DNA of 64,000 bases from Malacoraja senta. Taxonomy: Eukaryota. Both the position numbers and the translations under genes were made by a program. Positions 39,061 to 50,200 of this stretch are shown here, piece after piece. Under the pieces are notes generated by a model, which worked only from the letters and a program-made list of their open reading frames with translations, was not told where the DNA came from and did no database searches. Where the stretch lies: assembly GCA_038087875.1 (NCBI GenBank), contig CM075997.1, forward strand, positions 7,380,001 to 7,444,000, written 5' to 3'. Every line of letters begins with the position of its first letter. The first letter of the stretch is position 1.

Positions 39061-39904
39061 TAAGCAGATTATTTGGCATATGAAGTTCTAACATCTTGTG
39101 AACTAGTTTATTTAAGTTTTTGAATGTAGGTCTTCATTTGCAGTTTCTCACCAGGGTGAATAAATAAAATGCAAAAACATTATTTGCATTTTTTCTTATT
39201 TTCTTTGAACAATTTTGCAAATAGTGCATAGGAGAGAATCGTTAGTACTCAAGACAAGTCGTCAGTACTTAACTACTTGGGCGGCACGGTGGCACAGCGA
39301 TAGAGTGGCTGCCCTATAGCGCTAACAGCTCCAGAGGCCTGGGTTTGATGCTGACTTTGGGTGCTGTCTGTTCGGGGTTTGTATATTCTCCCCGTGACCG
39401 TGTGGGTTTTCTCCGAGATCTTCAGTTTCGTCCCACATTCCAAAGACGTACAGGTTTGTAGGTTAATTGGCTTGATGTAAATGTAAATTGGCCCTAGTGT
39501 GTGTAGCAGAGTGTTAATGTGCAGGGAGCGCTGGTCGGTGCGGACTCAGTGGGCCAAAGGGCCTTTCTGCACTGTAAAACAATGGTGGAACCTGTTTACC
39601 ACTAGGCCTGCACTTAAATTATTTTGCTTTCATTGAAATTGATACTCCCTGTTATCCACATAATACGCATAATGAAATATTTTTACCAGTGGATTCTTGT
39701 TCTCGCTAGGCAGTCCTTTAGGATTGATGATGTCTTGCTCGACCGGATTATAATCTTTAGGAAAGGTACCTGATTAGCGATTGTACATATGAAGCGTTTT
39801 TCTGAATCGCTGTATCTTCCCAAGGAAGTAAGATAGACTCATCTGAAGGGAAGTGCATAGCAGTCTTTTCTGATATTTCGAAGACTTCTTATGTGAGCGA
39901 ATTA

Positions 39905-40480
39905 CATTCAATTCAATTCAATTCAATTCAATTCAATTCAATCTTTAATTGTCATTGTGCAGTGTACAGTACAGAGACAACGAAATGCAGTTAGCATCTC
40001 ACCCAGAAGAGCGAACTTAGGAATAATGAGCAGTAAAATATATATATGTACAGCAGTATCAGTAGTGCAATTTTTCTGGGGGAATGAGTGTCCGGAGGGG
40101 GGGGGGGGGGGGAACTGGCAATCACCGAGGTGCAGAGTTCAGTAGTGTAACAGCCGCAGGGAAGAAGCTGTTCCTGAACCTGCTGGTTCGGCAACGGAGG
40201 GACCTGTAGCGCCTCCCGGATGGGAGGAGGGTAAACAGTCTGTGGCTGGGGTGAGAGCAGTCCACGACGATGCTGCGCGCCCTTCGCAGACATCGCTTGC
40301 TTTGGACGGACTCAATGGAGGGGAGTGAGGAACCGGTGATGCGTTGGGCAGTTTTCACTACCCTCTGCATTGCTCTCCGGTCGGAGACAGAGCAGTTGCC
40401 ATACCATACTGTGATACAGTTGGTAAGGATGCTCTCGATGGTGCAGCGGGTAGAAGTTCACCAGAATCTGAGGAGACAGA
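39905..40480 (-). mobile_element. Rex1/Babar-type LINE 3' fragment; related pieces at ~26115-26540 (+), 51315-51750 (-), 54815-55090 (+)
   Basis: LQRVVKTAQRITG..LP..HPSHRLFTLLPSGRRYRS..RFRNSFFP; tail TGACAAT(T)AAA plus short tandem repeats. Confidence 0.8.
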
Positions 40481-42095
40481 TGCTGAAAAGATGCAGAGCA
40501 GGTAAACAGCCACCTAGATTGATGCATAATCCTGATTGCACTCCTGAGGGAGTGCAGCGTAGGTTTACAAAGTTAATTCCCGGGATGGCGGGACTGTCAT
40601 ATGCTGAGACAATGGAGCGGCTGGGCTTGGGCTCCGCATCCATTCTATCCAAATATTATAGGTTTTATGCGTATGTTTTTTTAAGAGGCACAGCATGAAA
40701 GCAGGCCATTCGGCCCTCCAATTCTATGTTATCCCACTTTCTCATCCACTCCCTACACACTAGGAACAATTTACAGTGGCCCAACTAACCTAACCGGCAC
40801 GTCTTTGGGGTGTGGAAACTCACACGGTCACAGGGAGAACGTGCAAACTCCACACAGACAGCACCCGTGGTCAGGATCGAACCCAGGTCTCTGGCACCGA
40901 GGGAAGGCACAAAGTGCTGGAGTAACTCAGCGGGTGAGGTCGCAACTCTGGAGAACATGGATAGGTGACATTTGGGGAACGGGAGTAAAAATATTTGGCA
41001 ACTGGGAGATCACATCGGCCACGGCCAAGGAAAGGCTACTGTGTTCCTTCTGATGAGGACAAAGAGACTTGAACGTACGCACTACCAGATTCAACTACCT
41101 CCTCCGGCAGCTTGTTCCATACACACACCACCCTTTGTGTGAAAAAGTTACCCCTCAGATCCATATTAAATCTTTTCCCCTTCACCTTAAACCTATGTCT
41201 TCTGGTCCTCAATTCACCTACTCTGGGCAAGAGACTCTGTGCGTCTACCCGATCTATTCCTCTCATGATCTTATACACCTCCATAAGATCGCCCCTCATG
41301 CTCCTGCGCTCCAAGGAATAGAATCCCAGTCCCAGAAAGGAAGGCATTTACAGGGCACAATCTCCAGCATACAATGCCTGTTCCCCCACAGACATTTACA
41401 GTGGCAGGCTCGTGCATGGCTGATTGTTCATAAGGTGAATCTATTCACTGTAAGGTGAAAGTATTTTCATTGCCACAGGAGCAAAGTTGTAAGTCTAAAG
41501 CCGTCTGTGAAGCAACCAGTTAATATTCTTTGGGGGATAAACCTTTGGGAAGCAATTGATTAATGCATTTTTTGAGTGGCTGATCAATTTCCAGGACATG
41601 CTGGAGAAACTCAGCGGGTGAGGCAGCATCTATGGAGCAAAGGAAATAGGTGACGTTTCGGGTTGAGACCCGAAGGTCACCTATTCCTTCGAAGAAGGGT
41701 CTCGACCCGAAATGTCACATATTCCTTCGAAGAAGGGTCTCGACCCGAAACGTCGCCTATTCCTTCGCTCCATAGATGCTGCCTCACCCGCTGAGTTTCT
41801 CCAGCATTTTTGTCTACCTTCGATTCTTCCAGCATCTGCAGTTCTTTCTTAAAAATTTCCAGGACATACTTCCTTTCCTCTTGAATGAGCAAACTGATAA
41901 GTCATGGTGTGTAATAGAGGAGGACATTTGAGGAAGAATTGAGGGTTAAATTAAATAGTTTTGTGTCCCCATATGTATTGATTAATTTATTATTCAAATA
42001 TTTTATATAATATAATGTAAAATAATAATATCATTAATAAAATATAAAATAAAATATTAATTAATAAAATATGAAACATATTTGTTTCTGTTTAG

Positions 42096-42257
42096 TTGTG
42101 GTATGGTAGAGATGGTTTTTCAAGGCTAATTCGCCTTCGTCCATCAAGAGGTTGGATTACTTTCCTGGCCATTCAGAAGATAAAAGGCATAAATGACCAT
42201 TACAAAAGTGAGACGACATTAACTGTCTTCTTTGACAGGCAAAAGCATTTACAAGAG
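42096..42257 (+). CDS. CATSPERG: CATSPERG exon I (162 nt, phase 0-0, GC donor): LWYGRDGFSRLIRLRPSRGWITFLAIQKIKGINDHYKSETTLTVFFDRQKHLQE
   Basis: tttag|...GAG|gcaagt. Aligns to IWYLLEG...LFPSKGW...NETMLTLFYE. Confidence 0.87.
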
Positions 42258-42788
42258 GCAAGTCTGATGACTTTTGGGCATTATTTATATTTCTTTTTAT
42301 TCACGTGGTAACACATAAATGCTTGAAAATCAGTGCCAAGACCATAAATTCCTTCCTTCACTCCATCCAAGGACCTAAGCAGTCTTTCCAGGTGAGGCAG
42401 AGGTTCATCTGCACCTCCTCCAACCTCATCTATTACATCCGCTGCTCTAGATGTCAGCTGCTTTACATCGGTGAGACCAAGCGCAGGCTTGGCGATCGCT
42501 TCGCCCAACACCTTCACTGAGTCCGCAATAACCAACCTGATCTTCCGGTGGCTCAGCACTTCAACTCCCCCTGCCATTCCGAATCCGACCTTTCTGTCCT
42601 GGGCCTCCTCCATGGCCAGAGTGAGTCCCATTGTAAACTGGAGGAGCAGCACCTCACATTTCGCTCGTAGACAAAAATGCTGGAGAAACTCAGCGGAAGA
42701 GGACAAAGAGAAAGCAGCTGATTGGGAGTCAGATCCCTGCTGATTTCCTCCACCAGTTTTGTATTGTATCCAGGGTAAGGGGGGAAGT

Positions 42789-43724
42789 ATGAGTGCCAGG
42801 GCAGTTTACTGTTCTGGATGTCAGATGTGGGAGGTCATGGAGTCTGATACCCCTCCAGACGTTCACATCTGTGTCAGGTGCGTAGAGATGGGGTTCCTAA
42901 GGGACCGTGTTAGGAACCTGGAGCAGCAGCTCGATGACCTCTGTCTGACCAGGGAGAGTGAGGAGGTCATAGAAAAGAGTTATAGAGAGGTGGCCACTCC
43001 AAGACCACGGGAGGCAGACAAGTGGGTCACAGTTAGGAAGGGCAAGGGGCAGAGGCAGGGACTAGTGAGTACCCCAGTGGCTGTACACCTTGAAAATAAG
43101 TACTCCTGTTTGAGTACTGTTGAGGGGGACAGCCCTCCTGCGGGTAGCAACAGCGGCCGGGCCTCCGGCACAGAGACCAGCCCTATTGCTCAGAAGGGTA
43201 GGGAAAAGAAGAGGAGGGCAATAGTAATAGGGGACTCTATGGTTAGGGGGTCGGATAGGCGATTCTGTGGACGCAGTCAGGAGACCCGGATGGTAGTTTG
43301 CCTCCCTGGTGCCAGGGTCAGGGATGTGTCTGAACGCGTCCAAGATATCCTGAAATCGGAGGGAGAGGAGCCTGAGGTTGTGGTACATATAGGTACCAAT
43401 GACATAGGTGGAAAAAGAGAAGAGGTCTTGAAAGGAGAATTTAGGGAGTTGGGAGGAGAGTTAAGGAGAAGGTCTACAAAGGTAACAATCTCAGGATTAC
43501 TACCTGTGCCACGTGACGGTGAGAGTAGGAATGGAGTGAGGTGGAGGATAAATGCATGGCTGAGGAACTGGTGCAGCGGGCAGGGATTCAAATTTCTGGA
43601 TCATTGGGATTTCTTTTGGGGAAGGAGTGACCTGTACAGAAAGGACGGGTTGCACTTGAACCCGAGGGGCACCAATATCCTGGCGGGGAGATTTGAAAAG
43701 GCTACTGGGGAGACTTTAAACTAG
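42789..43724 (+). CDS. CR1 ORF1p (311 aa): N-terminal Cys-rich zinc-finger-like motif, coiled coil, SGNH/GDSL esterase domain
   Basis: ATG at 42789. Motifs CSGC...CVRC, IVIGDS, HIGTND and DGLHLN. Confidence 0.9.
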   Translation: MSARAVYCSGCQMWEVMESDTPPDVHICVRCVEMGFLRDRVRNLEQQLDDLCLTRESEEVIEKSYREVATPRPREADKWVTVRKGKGQRQGLVSTPVAVHLENKYSCLSTVEGDSPPAGSNSGRASGTETSPIAQKGREKKRRAIVIGDSMVRGSDRRFCGRSQETRMVVCLPGARVRDVSERVQDILKSEGEEPEVVVHIGTNDIGGKREEVLKGEFRELGGELRRRSTKVTISGLLPVPRDGESRNGVRWRINAWLRNWCSGQGFKFLDHWDFFWGRSDLYRKDGLHLNPRGTNILAGRFEKATGETLN

Positions 43725-43729
43725 AACGG

Positions 43730-46675
43730 TTGGGGGGAGGGACTCAAATAGAGAAAGCTAGTGGAAAATGTGGGAGGCAGGAGGCAGAGAAGGGAAGCAC
43801 TCGGACCCAAAATGTAGGGGAGAAAGAAGAAAAAGATAATAAACAGAGAATAAGTGGTGGTGGGTTTCTTAAATGTGTATATTTTAATGCTAGGAGCATT
43901 GTAAGAAAGGTGGATGAGCTTAGAGCCTGGATTGACACCTGGAAGTATGATGTTGTGGCGATCAGTGAAACATGGTTGCAGGAGGGCTGTGATTGGCAAA
44001 TAAATATTCCAGGATTTCGTTGCTTCAGGGGTGATAGTATTGGAGGGGCAAGAGGTGGGGGTGTTGCATTGCTTGTCAAGGAAGATATTACAGCAGTGCT
44101 TTGGCAGGATAGATTAGAGGGCTCGTCTAGGGAGGCTATTTGGGTGGAACTGAGAAATGGGAAAGGTGTAGCAACACTTATAGGGGTGTATTATAGACCG
44201 CCAAATGGGGAGCGAGAATTGGAAGAGCAAATATGTAAGGAGATAGCAGATATTAGTAGTAAGCACAAGGTAGTGATTGTGGGAGATTTCAATTTTCCAC
44301 ACATAGACTGGGAAACACATTCTGTAAAAGGGCTGGATGGTTTGGAGTTTGTAAAATGTGTGCAAGATAGTTTTTTGCAGCAATACATAGAGGTACCTAC
44401 TAGAGAAGGGGCAGTGCTGGACCTCCTGTTAGGAAATGAGACAGGGCAAGTGGCGGAGGTATGCGTCGGGGAGCACTTCGGGTCCAGTGATCACAATACC
44501 ATTAGTTTCAATATAATTATGGAGAGGGTCAGAACTGGACCTAGGGTTGAGATTTTTGTTTGGAGAAAGGCTAACTTTGAGGAGATGCGAAAGGATTTAA
44601 AAGGAGTGAATTGGGACATGTTGTTTTATGGGAAGGATGTAGAAGAAAAATGGAGGACATTTAAGGGTGAAATTTTAAGAGTACAGAATCTTTATGTCCC
44701 TGTTCGGTTGAAAGGAAATAGTAAAAAATGGAAAGAGCCATGGTTTTCAAGGGAAATTGGACACTTGGTTCGGAAAAAGAGAGAGATCTACAATAATTAT
44801 AGGCAGCATGGAGTAAATGAGGTGCTTGAGGAGTATAAAGAATGTAAAAAGAATATAAAGAAAGAAATTAGAAAAGCTAAAAGAAGATATGAGGTTGCTT
44901 TGGCAAGTAAGGTGAAAGTAAATCCAAAGGGTTTCTACAGCTATATTAATAGCAAAAGGATAACAAGGAATAAAATCGGTCCATTAGAGAGTCAGAGTGG
45001 ACCGCTATCTGCAGAGCCAAAAGAGATGGGGGAGATATTGAACAATTTCTTTTCTTCGGTATTCACGAAGGAGAAGGATATGGAATTATGTGAGGTAAGG
45101 GAAACGAGCAGAGTAGCAATGGAAACTGTGAGATTCAAAGAAGAGGAGGTGCGGACACTTTTGAAAAATATGAAAACGGATAAGTCTCCAGGTCCTGACA
45201 GGATATTACCTAGGACATTGAGGGAAGTTAGTGTAGAAATAGCAGGGGCTATGACAGAAATATTTCAAATGTCATTAGAAACGGGAATAGTGCCGGAGGA
45301 TTGGCGTACTGCGCATGTTGTTCCGTTGTTTAAAAAGGGTTCGAAGAGTAAACCTAGCAATTATAGACCTGTTAGTTTGACGTCAGTGGTGGGCAAATTA
45401 ATGGAAAGGATACTTAAAGATAATATATATAAGCATCTGGATAAGCAGGGTCTGATTAGGAACAGTCAACATGGATTTGTGCCTGGAAGGTCATGCTTGA
45501 CTAATCTTCTTGAATTTTTCGAAGAGGTTACTAGGGAAATTGATGAGGGTAAAGCAGTGGATGTTGTCTATATGGACTTCAGTAAGGCCTTTGACAAGGT
45601 TCCTCATGGAAGGTTGGTTAAGAAGATTCAATTGTTGGGTATTAATGGTGGAGTAGCAAGATGGATTCAACAGTGGCTGAATGGGAGATGCCAGAGAGTA
45701 ATGGTGGATGGCTGTTTGTCAGGTTGGAGGCCGGTGACTAGTGGGGTGCCTCAGGGGTCTGTGTTGGGTCCACTGTTGTTTGTCATGTACATCAATGATC
45801 TGGATGAAGGTGTGGAAAATTGGATTAGTAAGTATGCAGATGATACTAAGATAGGTGGTGTTGTGGATAATGAAGTCGATTTTCAAAGTCTACAGAGAGA
45901 TTTAGGCCATTTGGAAGAGTGGGCTGAAAGATGGCAGATGGAGTTTAATGCTGACAAATGTGAGGTGCTACATCTCGGCAGGACAAATCAAAATAGGACG
46001 TACACGGTAAATGGTAGCGAATTGAGGAATGCAGTTGAACAGAGGGATCTAGGAATAACTGTGCATAGTTCCCTGAAGGTGGAATCTCATGTAGATAGGG
46101 TGGTAAAGAAAGCTTTTGGTGTGCTGGCCTTTATAAATCAGAGCATTGAATATAGAAGTTGGGATGTAATGTTAAAATTGTACAAGGCATTGGTGAGGCC
46201 AATTCTGGAGTATGGAGTACAACTTTGGTCGCCTAATTATAGGAAGGATGTCAACAAAATAGAGAGCGTACAGAGGAGATTTACTAGAATGTTGCCTGGG
46301 TTTCAGCAACTAAGTTACAGAGAAAGGTTGAACAAGTTAGGTCTTTATTCTTTGGAGCGCAGAAGGTTAAGAGGGGACTTGATAGAGGTCTTTAAAATTA
46401 TGAGCGGGTTAGACAGAGTGGACGTGGATAAGCTATTCCCATTGAGAGTAGGGAAGATTCAAACAAGTGGACATGACTTGAGAATTAAGGGACAGAAGTT
46501 TAGGGGGAACATTAGGGGGAACTTCTTTACTCAGAGAGTGGTAGCTGTGTGGAATGAGCTTCCAGTGGAAGTGGTGGAGGCAGGTTCGATGTTATCCTTT
46601 AAAAATAGATTGGATGGGTATATGGACGGGAAAGGAATGGAGGGTTATGGTCTGAGTGCAGGTAGATGGGACTAG
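43730..46675 (+). CDS. CR1 ORF2p: APE endonuclease plus reverse transcriptase; no canonical start codon
   Basis: Motifs NARS, ISETW, GDFN, SDH, QHGF, GVPQGSVLGP and YADD. Open for 981 codons; the frame is actually open from 43697. Confidence 0.95.
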   Translation: MGGGTQIEKASGKCGRQEAEKGSTRTQNVGEKEEKDNKQRISGGGFLKCVYFNARSIVRKVDELRAWIDTWKYDVVAISETWLQEGCDWQINIPGFRCFRGDSIGGARGGGVALLVKEDITAVLWQDRLEGSSREAIWVELRNGKGVATLIGVYYRPPNGERELEEQICKEIADISSKHKVVIVGDFNFPHIDWETHSVKGLDGLEFVKCVQDSFLQQYIEVPTREGAVLDLLLGNETGQVAEVCVGEHFGSSDHNTISFNIIMERVRTGPRVEIFVWRKANFEEMRKDLKGVNWDMLFYGKDVEEKWRTFKGEILRVQNLYVPVRLKGNSKKWKEPWFSREIGHLVRKKREIYNNYRQHGVNEVLEEYKECKKNIKKEIRKAKRRYEVALASKVKVNPKGFYSYINSKRITRNKIGPLESQSGPLSAEPKEMGEILNNFFSSVFTKEKDMELCEVRETSRVAMETVRFKEEEVRTLLKNMKTDKSPGPDRILPRTLREVSVEIAGAMTEIFQMSLETGIVPEDWRTAHVVPLFKKGSKSKPSNYRPVSLTSVVGKLMERILKDNIYKHLDKQGLIRNSQHGFVPGRSCLTNLLEFFEEVTREIDEGKAVDVVYMDFSKAFDKVPHGRLVKKIQLLGINGGVARWIQQWLNGRCQRVMVDGCLSGWRPVTSGVPQGSVLGPLLFVMYINDLDEGVENWISKYADDTKIGGVVDNEVDFQSLQRDLGHLEEWAERWQMEFNADKCEVLHLGRTNQNRTYTVNGSELRNAVEQRDLGITVHSSLKVESHVDRVVKKAFGVLAFINQSIEYRSWDVMLKLYKALVRPILEYGVQLWSPNYRKDVNKIESVQRRFTRMLPGFQQLSYRERLNKLGLYSLERRRLRGDLIEVFKIMSGLDRVDVDKLFPLRVGKIQTSGHDLRIKGQKFRGNIRGNFFTQRVVAVWNELPVEVVEAGSMLSFKNRLDGYMDGKGMEGYGLSAGRWD

Positions 46676-47132
46676 GGGGAAGTATTTTATTTTTAATTAA
46701 AAAAAAAAAAAAAAAAATGTTTTAAATGTTCGGCACGGACTTGAAGGGCCGAGATGGCCTGTTTCCGTGCTGTTATGGTTATATGGTTATATGGTTATCT
46801 ATGGAGCGAAGGAAGTAGGTGACGTTTCGGGTCGAGACCCTTCTCCAGACTGATGTGGTGGTGGAGGGGACGGGAAGAGGCGGAGATAGTGGGCTGTGGA
46901 AGAGCTGGGAAGGGGAGGGGAAAGAGTGAGAAAGCAAGTACTACCTGAAATTGGGGAAGTCAATGTTCATACCACGCTGCTCCTCCGTTTTACAGTGGGC
47001 CTCAGTCTGGTCATATTTCACTTGGGTAGTTTACACCCCAGCAGTATGAACATTTGTATGGTCAATGTTTTAGGTAATTTAATAAAGTAGAATTTTGAAC
47101 GGCTGTTAAGGAATTTTACTTTTGGATTTTAG

Positions 47133-47251
47133 ATGATATATGCAGCTCTTGATAATGGTACTACAAGAATTTTTAAAAGGAGCATCCCACTGGATGAAAT
47201 ATTATCATATGAGGAGCTCTTCACTTTGCCTTCCTACACTAGTGTCAAAGA
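47133..47251 (+). CDS. CATSPERG: CATSPERG exon J (119 nt, phase 0-2): MIYAALDNGTTRIFKRSIPLDEILSYEELFTLPSYTSVK
   Basis: ttttag|...|gtaagt. Aligns to LVYLMNN...LVKRLVPVEQLLMYQ. Confidence 0.87.
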
Positions 47252-50200
47252 GTAAGTAAAGATAATTATGTAAAGTATAACATTTTATTCCATTGTTGTG
47301 ATGGAAGATTTGCTACTTTGGTCCTGTAGTATGTGAAATGCTGAAATATTTCCCTTTTTGACTCTTGTATTGCAAGGCAGATACTCTGCTCAATGTACAA
47401 ATGTACTATATGTACTAATTTTAAATGAATTGTGGAAACATGAATTCCAACAATGCCAACGGAGGTAAAAAGGAGAATTGTGTCAGAAGGAACTGCAGAT
47501 GCTGGTTTACACCGAAGATAAACACAAAATGCTGGAGTAACTCAGGATAAAAGGAATGAGTGACATTCGGGTCGAGACCCTTCTTCAGATCCTTCTTCAG
47601 AAAAAGGAGATCCTGTATCTTAAACCTAATCTGAAATCATTTATGAACACAAAGTACTGAAGTAACTCAGCGGGTCAGGCAGCATTTCTGGAGGACATGG
47701 ATAGGCAATGTCTGAAGCAATGTCCCGGCCTGAAACATCACCTATCCATATCCTCCAGAAATGCTGCCTTACCCTCTGAGTTACTCCAGCACTTTGTGTT
47801 CTATGCAAGATTACAGCAACTGCAGTTCCTTGTGTCTCTCTAGAATCATAGTCATAGAGTTATACAGCAGGAAACAAGCTCTTCGGCCCAACTTGTCCAT
47901 GCTAACCAAGATGCGCCATCCATGTTAGTACCATTTGCCAGCGTTTGTCCCATATCCCTCTAAATCTTTCCTATTCATGTACCAGTCCAAATGTCTTTTG
48001 AATGTTGTCATTGTACCTTGTCTCAAGAGAGATCTGGATAGGGCTCTTAAAGATAGTCCGAGGATATGGGGAGAAGGCAGGAACGGGGTAGTGATTGGGG
48101 ATGATCAGCCATGATCACATTGAATGGCGGTGCAGGCTGGAAGGGCCGAATGGCCTACTCCTGCACCTATTGTCTATTGTCTATTGTTGATCCCTGGTAC
48201 TTGAGTGTGCTGTTCAATGTCCTTTTGACTTTGACCCTTGACTCCCTCCGTATTAAACTTTGTTCTACTGCAGGCCTCTTTTCATCAGACTACCATTAGC
48301 GATGCCTTACTAGGCCTTTGCTGCCTTTGGAGTGTGCACAAGTTGTTGAGAAATATGCAATCAGAGCTTGAGGGAACGGTTTAGTTCTGAGGATTGTGCA
48401 CAAAGTAGTTGAATGAATGAACAAGTCACAGTGATATACTTCTCGAATTTCAGGTAGTCCTTACTGTCTCCTCCCCTTCTCAGCTCTCCCTCAGCTCTGG
48501 CTCCTCCTCTTCTTTTCTTCTTCCCGGTCCACCCACAGTCTGAAGAAGGGTTTCGGCCCCAAACGTTGCCTATTCCCTTCGCTCCATAGATACTGCCTCA
48601 CCCGCTGAGTTTCTCCAGCATTTTTGTCTACCTTCGATTTTCCAGCATCTGTAGTTCCTTCTTAAACAGTAATATTCTTTGTTTTGCATACCAAGGTGAT
48701 AATTCCAGTATTTGCAACCCTTAGTCCGTTCATTGAAAACACTGACTAGAATACTGTAAAAATCCTTTATTTCACCTGGATGACCTTGCTTCTCTGTCCT
48801 GCTCTGGGAAGCTCACTAGCTCCAGTCCAGTCAAGGAGAAACAAGTGCTCAAACAAAGGAATTAGTATATATATATGGTTAATACAGTAGGAGGTAACTT
48901 ACAAAGGCCGGTAATTCTCGACCAATAACTACAGTATCACATGGTTATATAGGTGGGGACAAACTTTCCACCCAATTACAATCATACACAGCATAATACA
49001 TCTTAGCCAATCACAATACAATGCAATACCGTTTATTGTCATTTGAACCTCAAATGAAGTTCAAACGAAATTTGGTTTTCTGCAGTCATACAACAAGAAG
49101 AAACAATTAACAGGACACACAACCAACACAATTCACGCAAACATCCATCACAGTGAATCTCCTCCTCAACTGTGATTGAAGGCAAAGTCTTGTCTCTCCA
49201 TTCTTCTCTCGATGTTAAAGCCGATGTTAAAGCCCCCGGCGGGCGATGGTAAGTCCCGCGGCCGTTAAGGCCGCGCCGGGTGATGTAAGGCCCCGCTCCA
49301 GGTCTTGATGTTGGAGGCCCCGGCGGGTGATGGGAAGTCCCGCCGCCGTTAAAGCTGTGCAGGGCGATGTATGGCCCCGCTCCGGGTCGTTTACAACCCC
49401 GCAATTCCAGCGGGAGACGTTGCCGTTGCGGGAGCTCCGAAAAGCGGTCTCCCGCCAGGGACCCGCGAGCTCCCAATGTCACCGTCCACCGGGCCTGCGG
49501 CTGGAGTCTCTGAAGCTCCGAAGTCGGGTCGCAGCCGCACACCACCACAGCTCTCCACGCTCCGAAGCTGGCCACAATGGCGAGTCAGCAGGCTCCGAGA
49601 CCAGGAGCACCCAGGTCGTTCCGGTTGGAGGCAGCTCCACGGTGCTAGGCCCCAACGTAAATGGAGACCCAACAGGGAAAAAGTCGGGTCCCCGTACAGG
49701 GAAGAGATTTAAAAGTTTCCCCCACATCACCCCCCCCCCCCCCACCGCCCCCCACATATACACAGCTAAAAACAATATAAAAACCACAACAAACAATACC
49801 CTCAACGGGACAAAAATTAAAAAAATACAGGCGGACTGCAGAGGCCGCTGCCGCGAGGCGCTGCCATTTTGGACAAATAGCATCGAACATCACATGTTTT
49901 ACAAGAATGGTGATATCACAGTAAAAAAAGTGAAACCTAACTTCAATCAGACACGAGGTATCCCCTGATCTCCAAGAGACAGAATACTTAACCCTTTAAT
50001 CCTAGAGTATCCCCAGGTCTGCATATTCTCAAAGGTATGCAAAGAGTCGCCACATAAAGGGCACTGACAAAAGTACACAAGTATTTAGTGCAACTCCTCT
50101 GATACTTCTTCCCCGAACATTGTCACACAAATTCTTCACACCAGTTTCAATAACTCAAACGTTGTGCCTGAAATGATACATTTGTTCATAAGTTATGGGA

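Larger units (their letters stand above)
42697..46796 (+). mobile_element. Apparently intact CR1-clade LINE
   Basis: Two uninterrupted ORFs, a CR1-type 3' end and a (GGTTATAT)n tail. It interrupts a Penelope-derived short repeat: ...ctcagcgg | element | atctatggagcg... Confidence 0.95.

Noticed and set aside
49039..49968. Overlapping 100-213-aa ORFs in GC-rich repeats (also 18190-18960, 22110-22584, 53336-53986, 56819-57385)
   Set aside because: No recognisable domains and frames are not conserved between related copies; expected from stop-poor GC-rich DNA.
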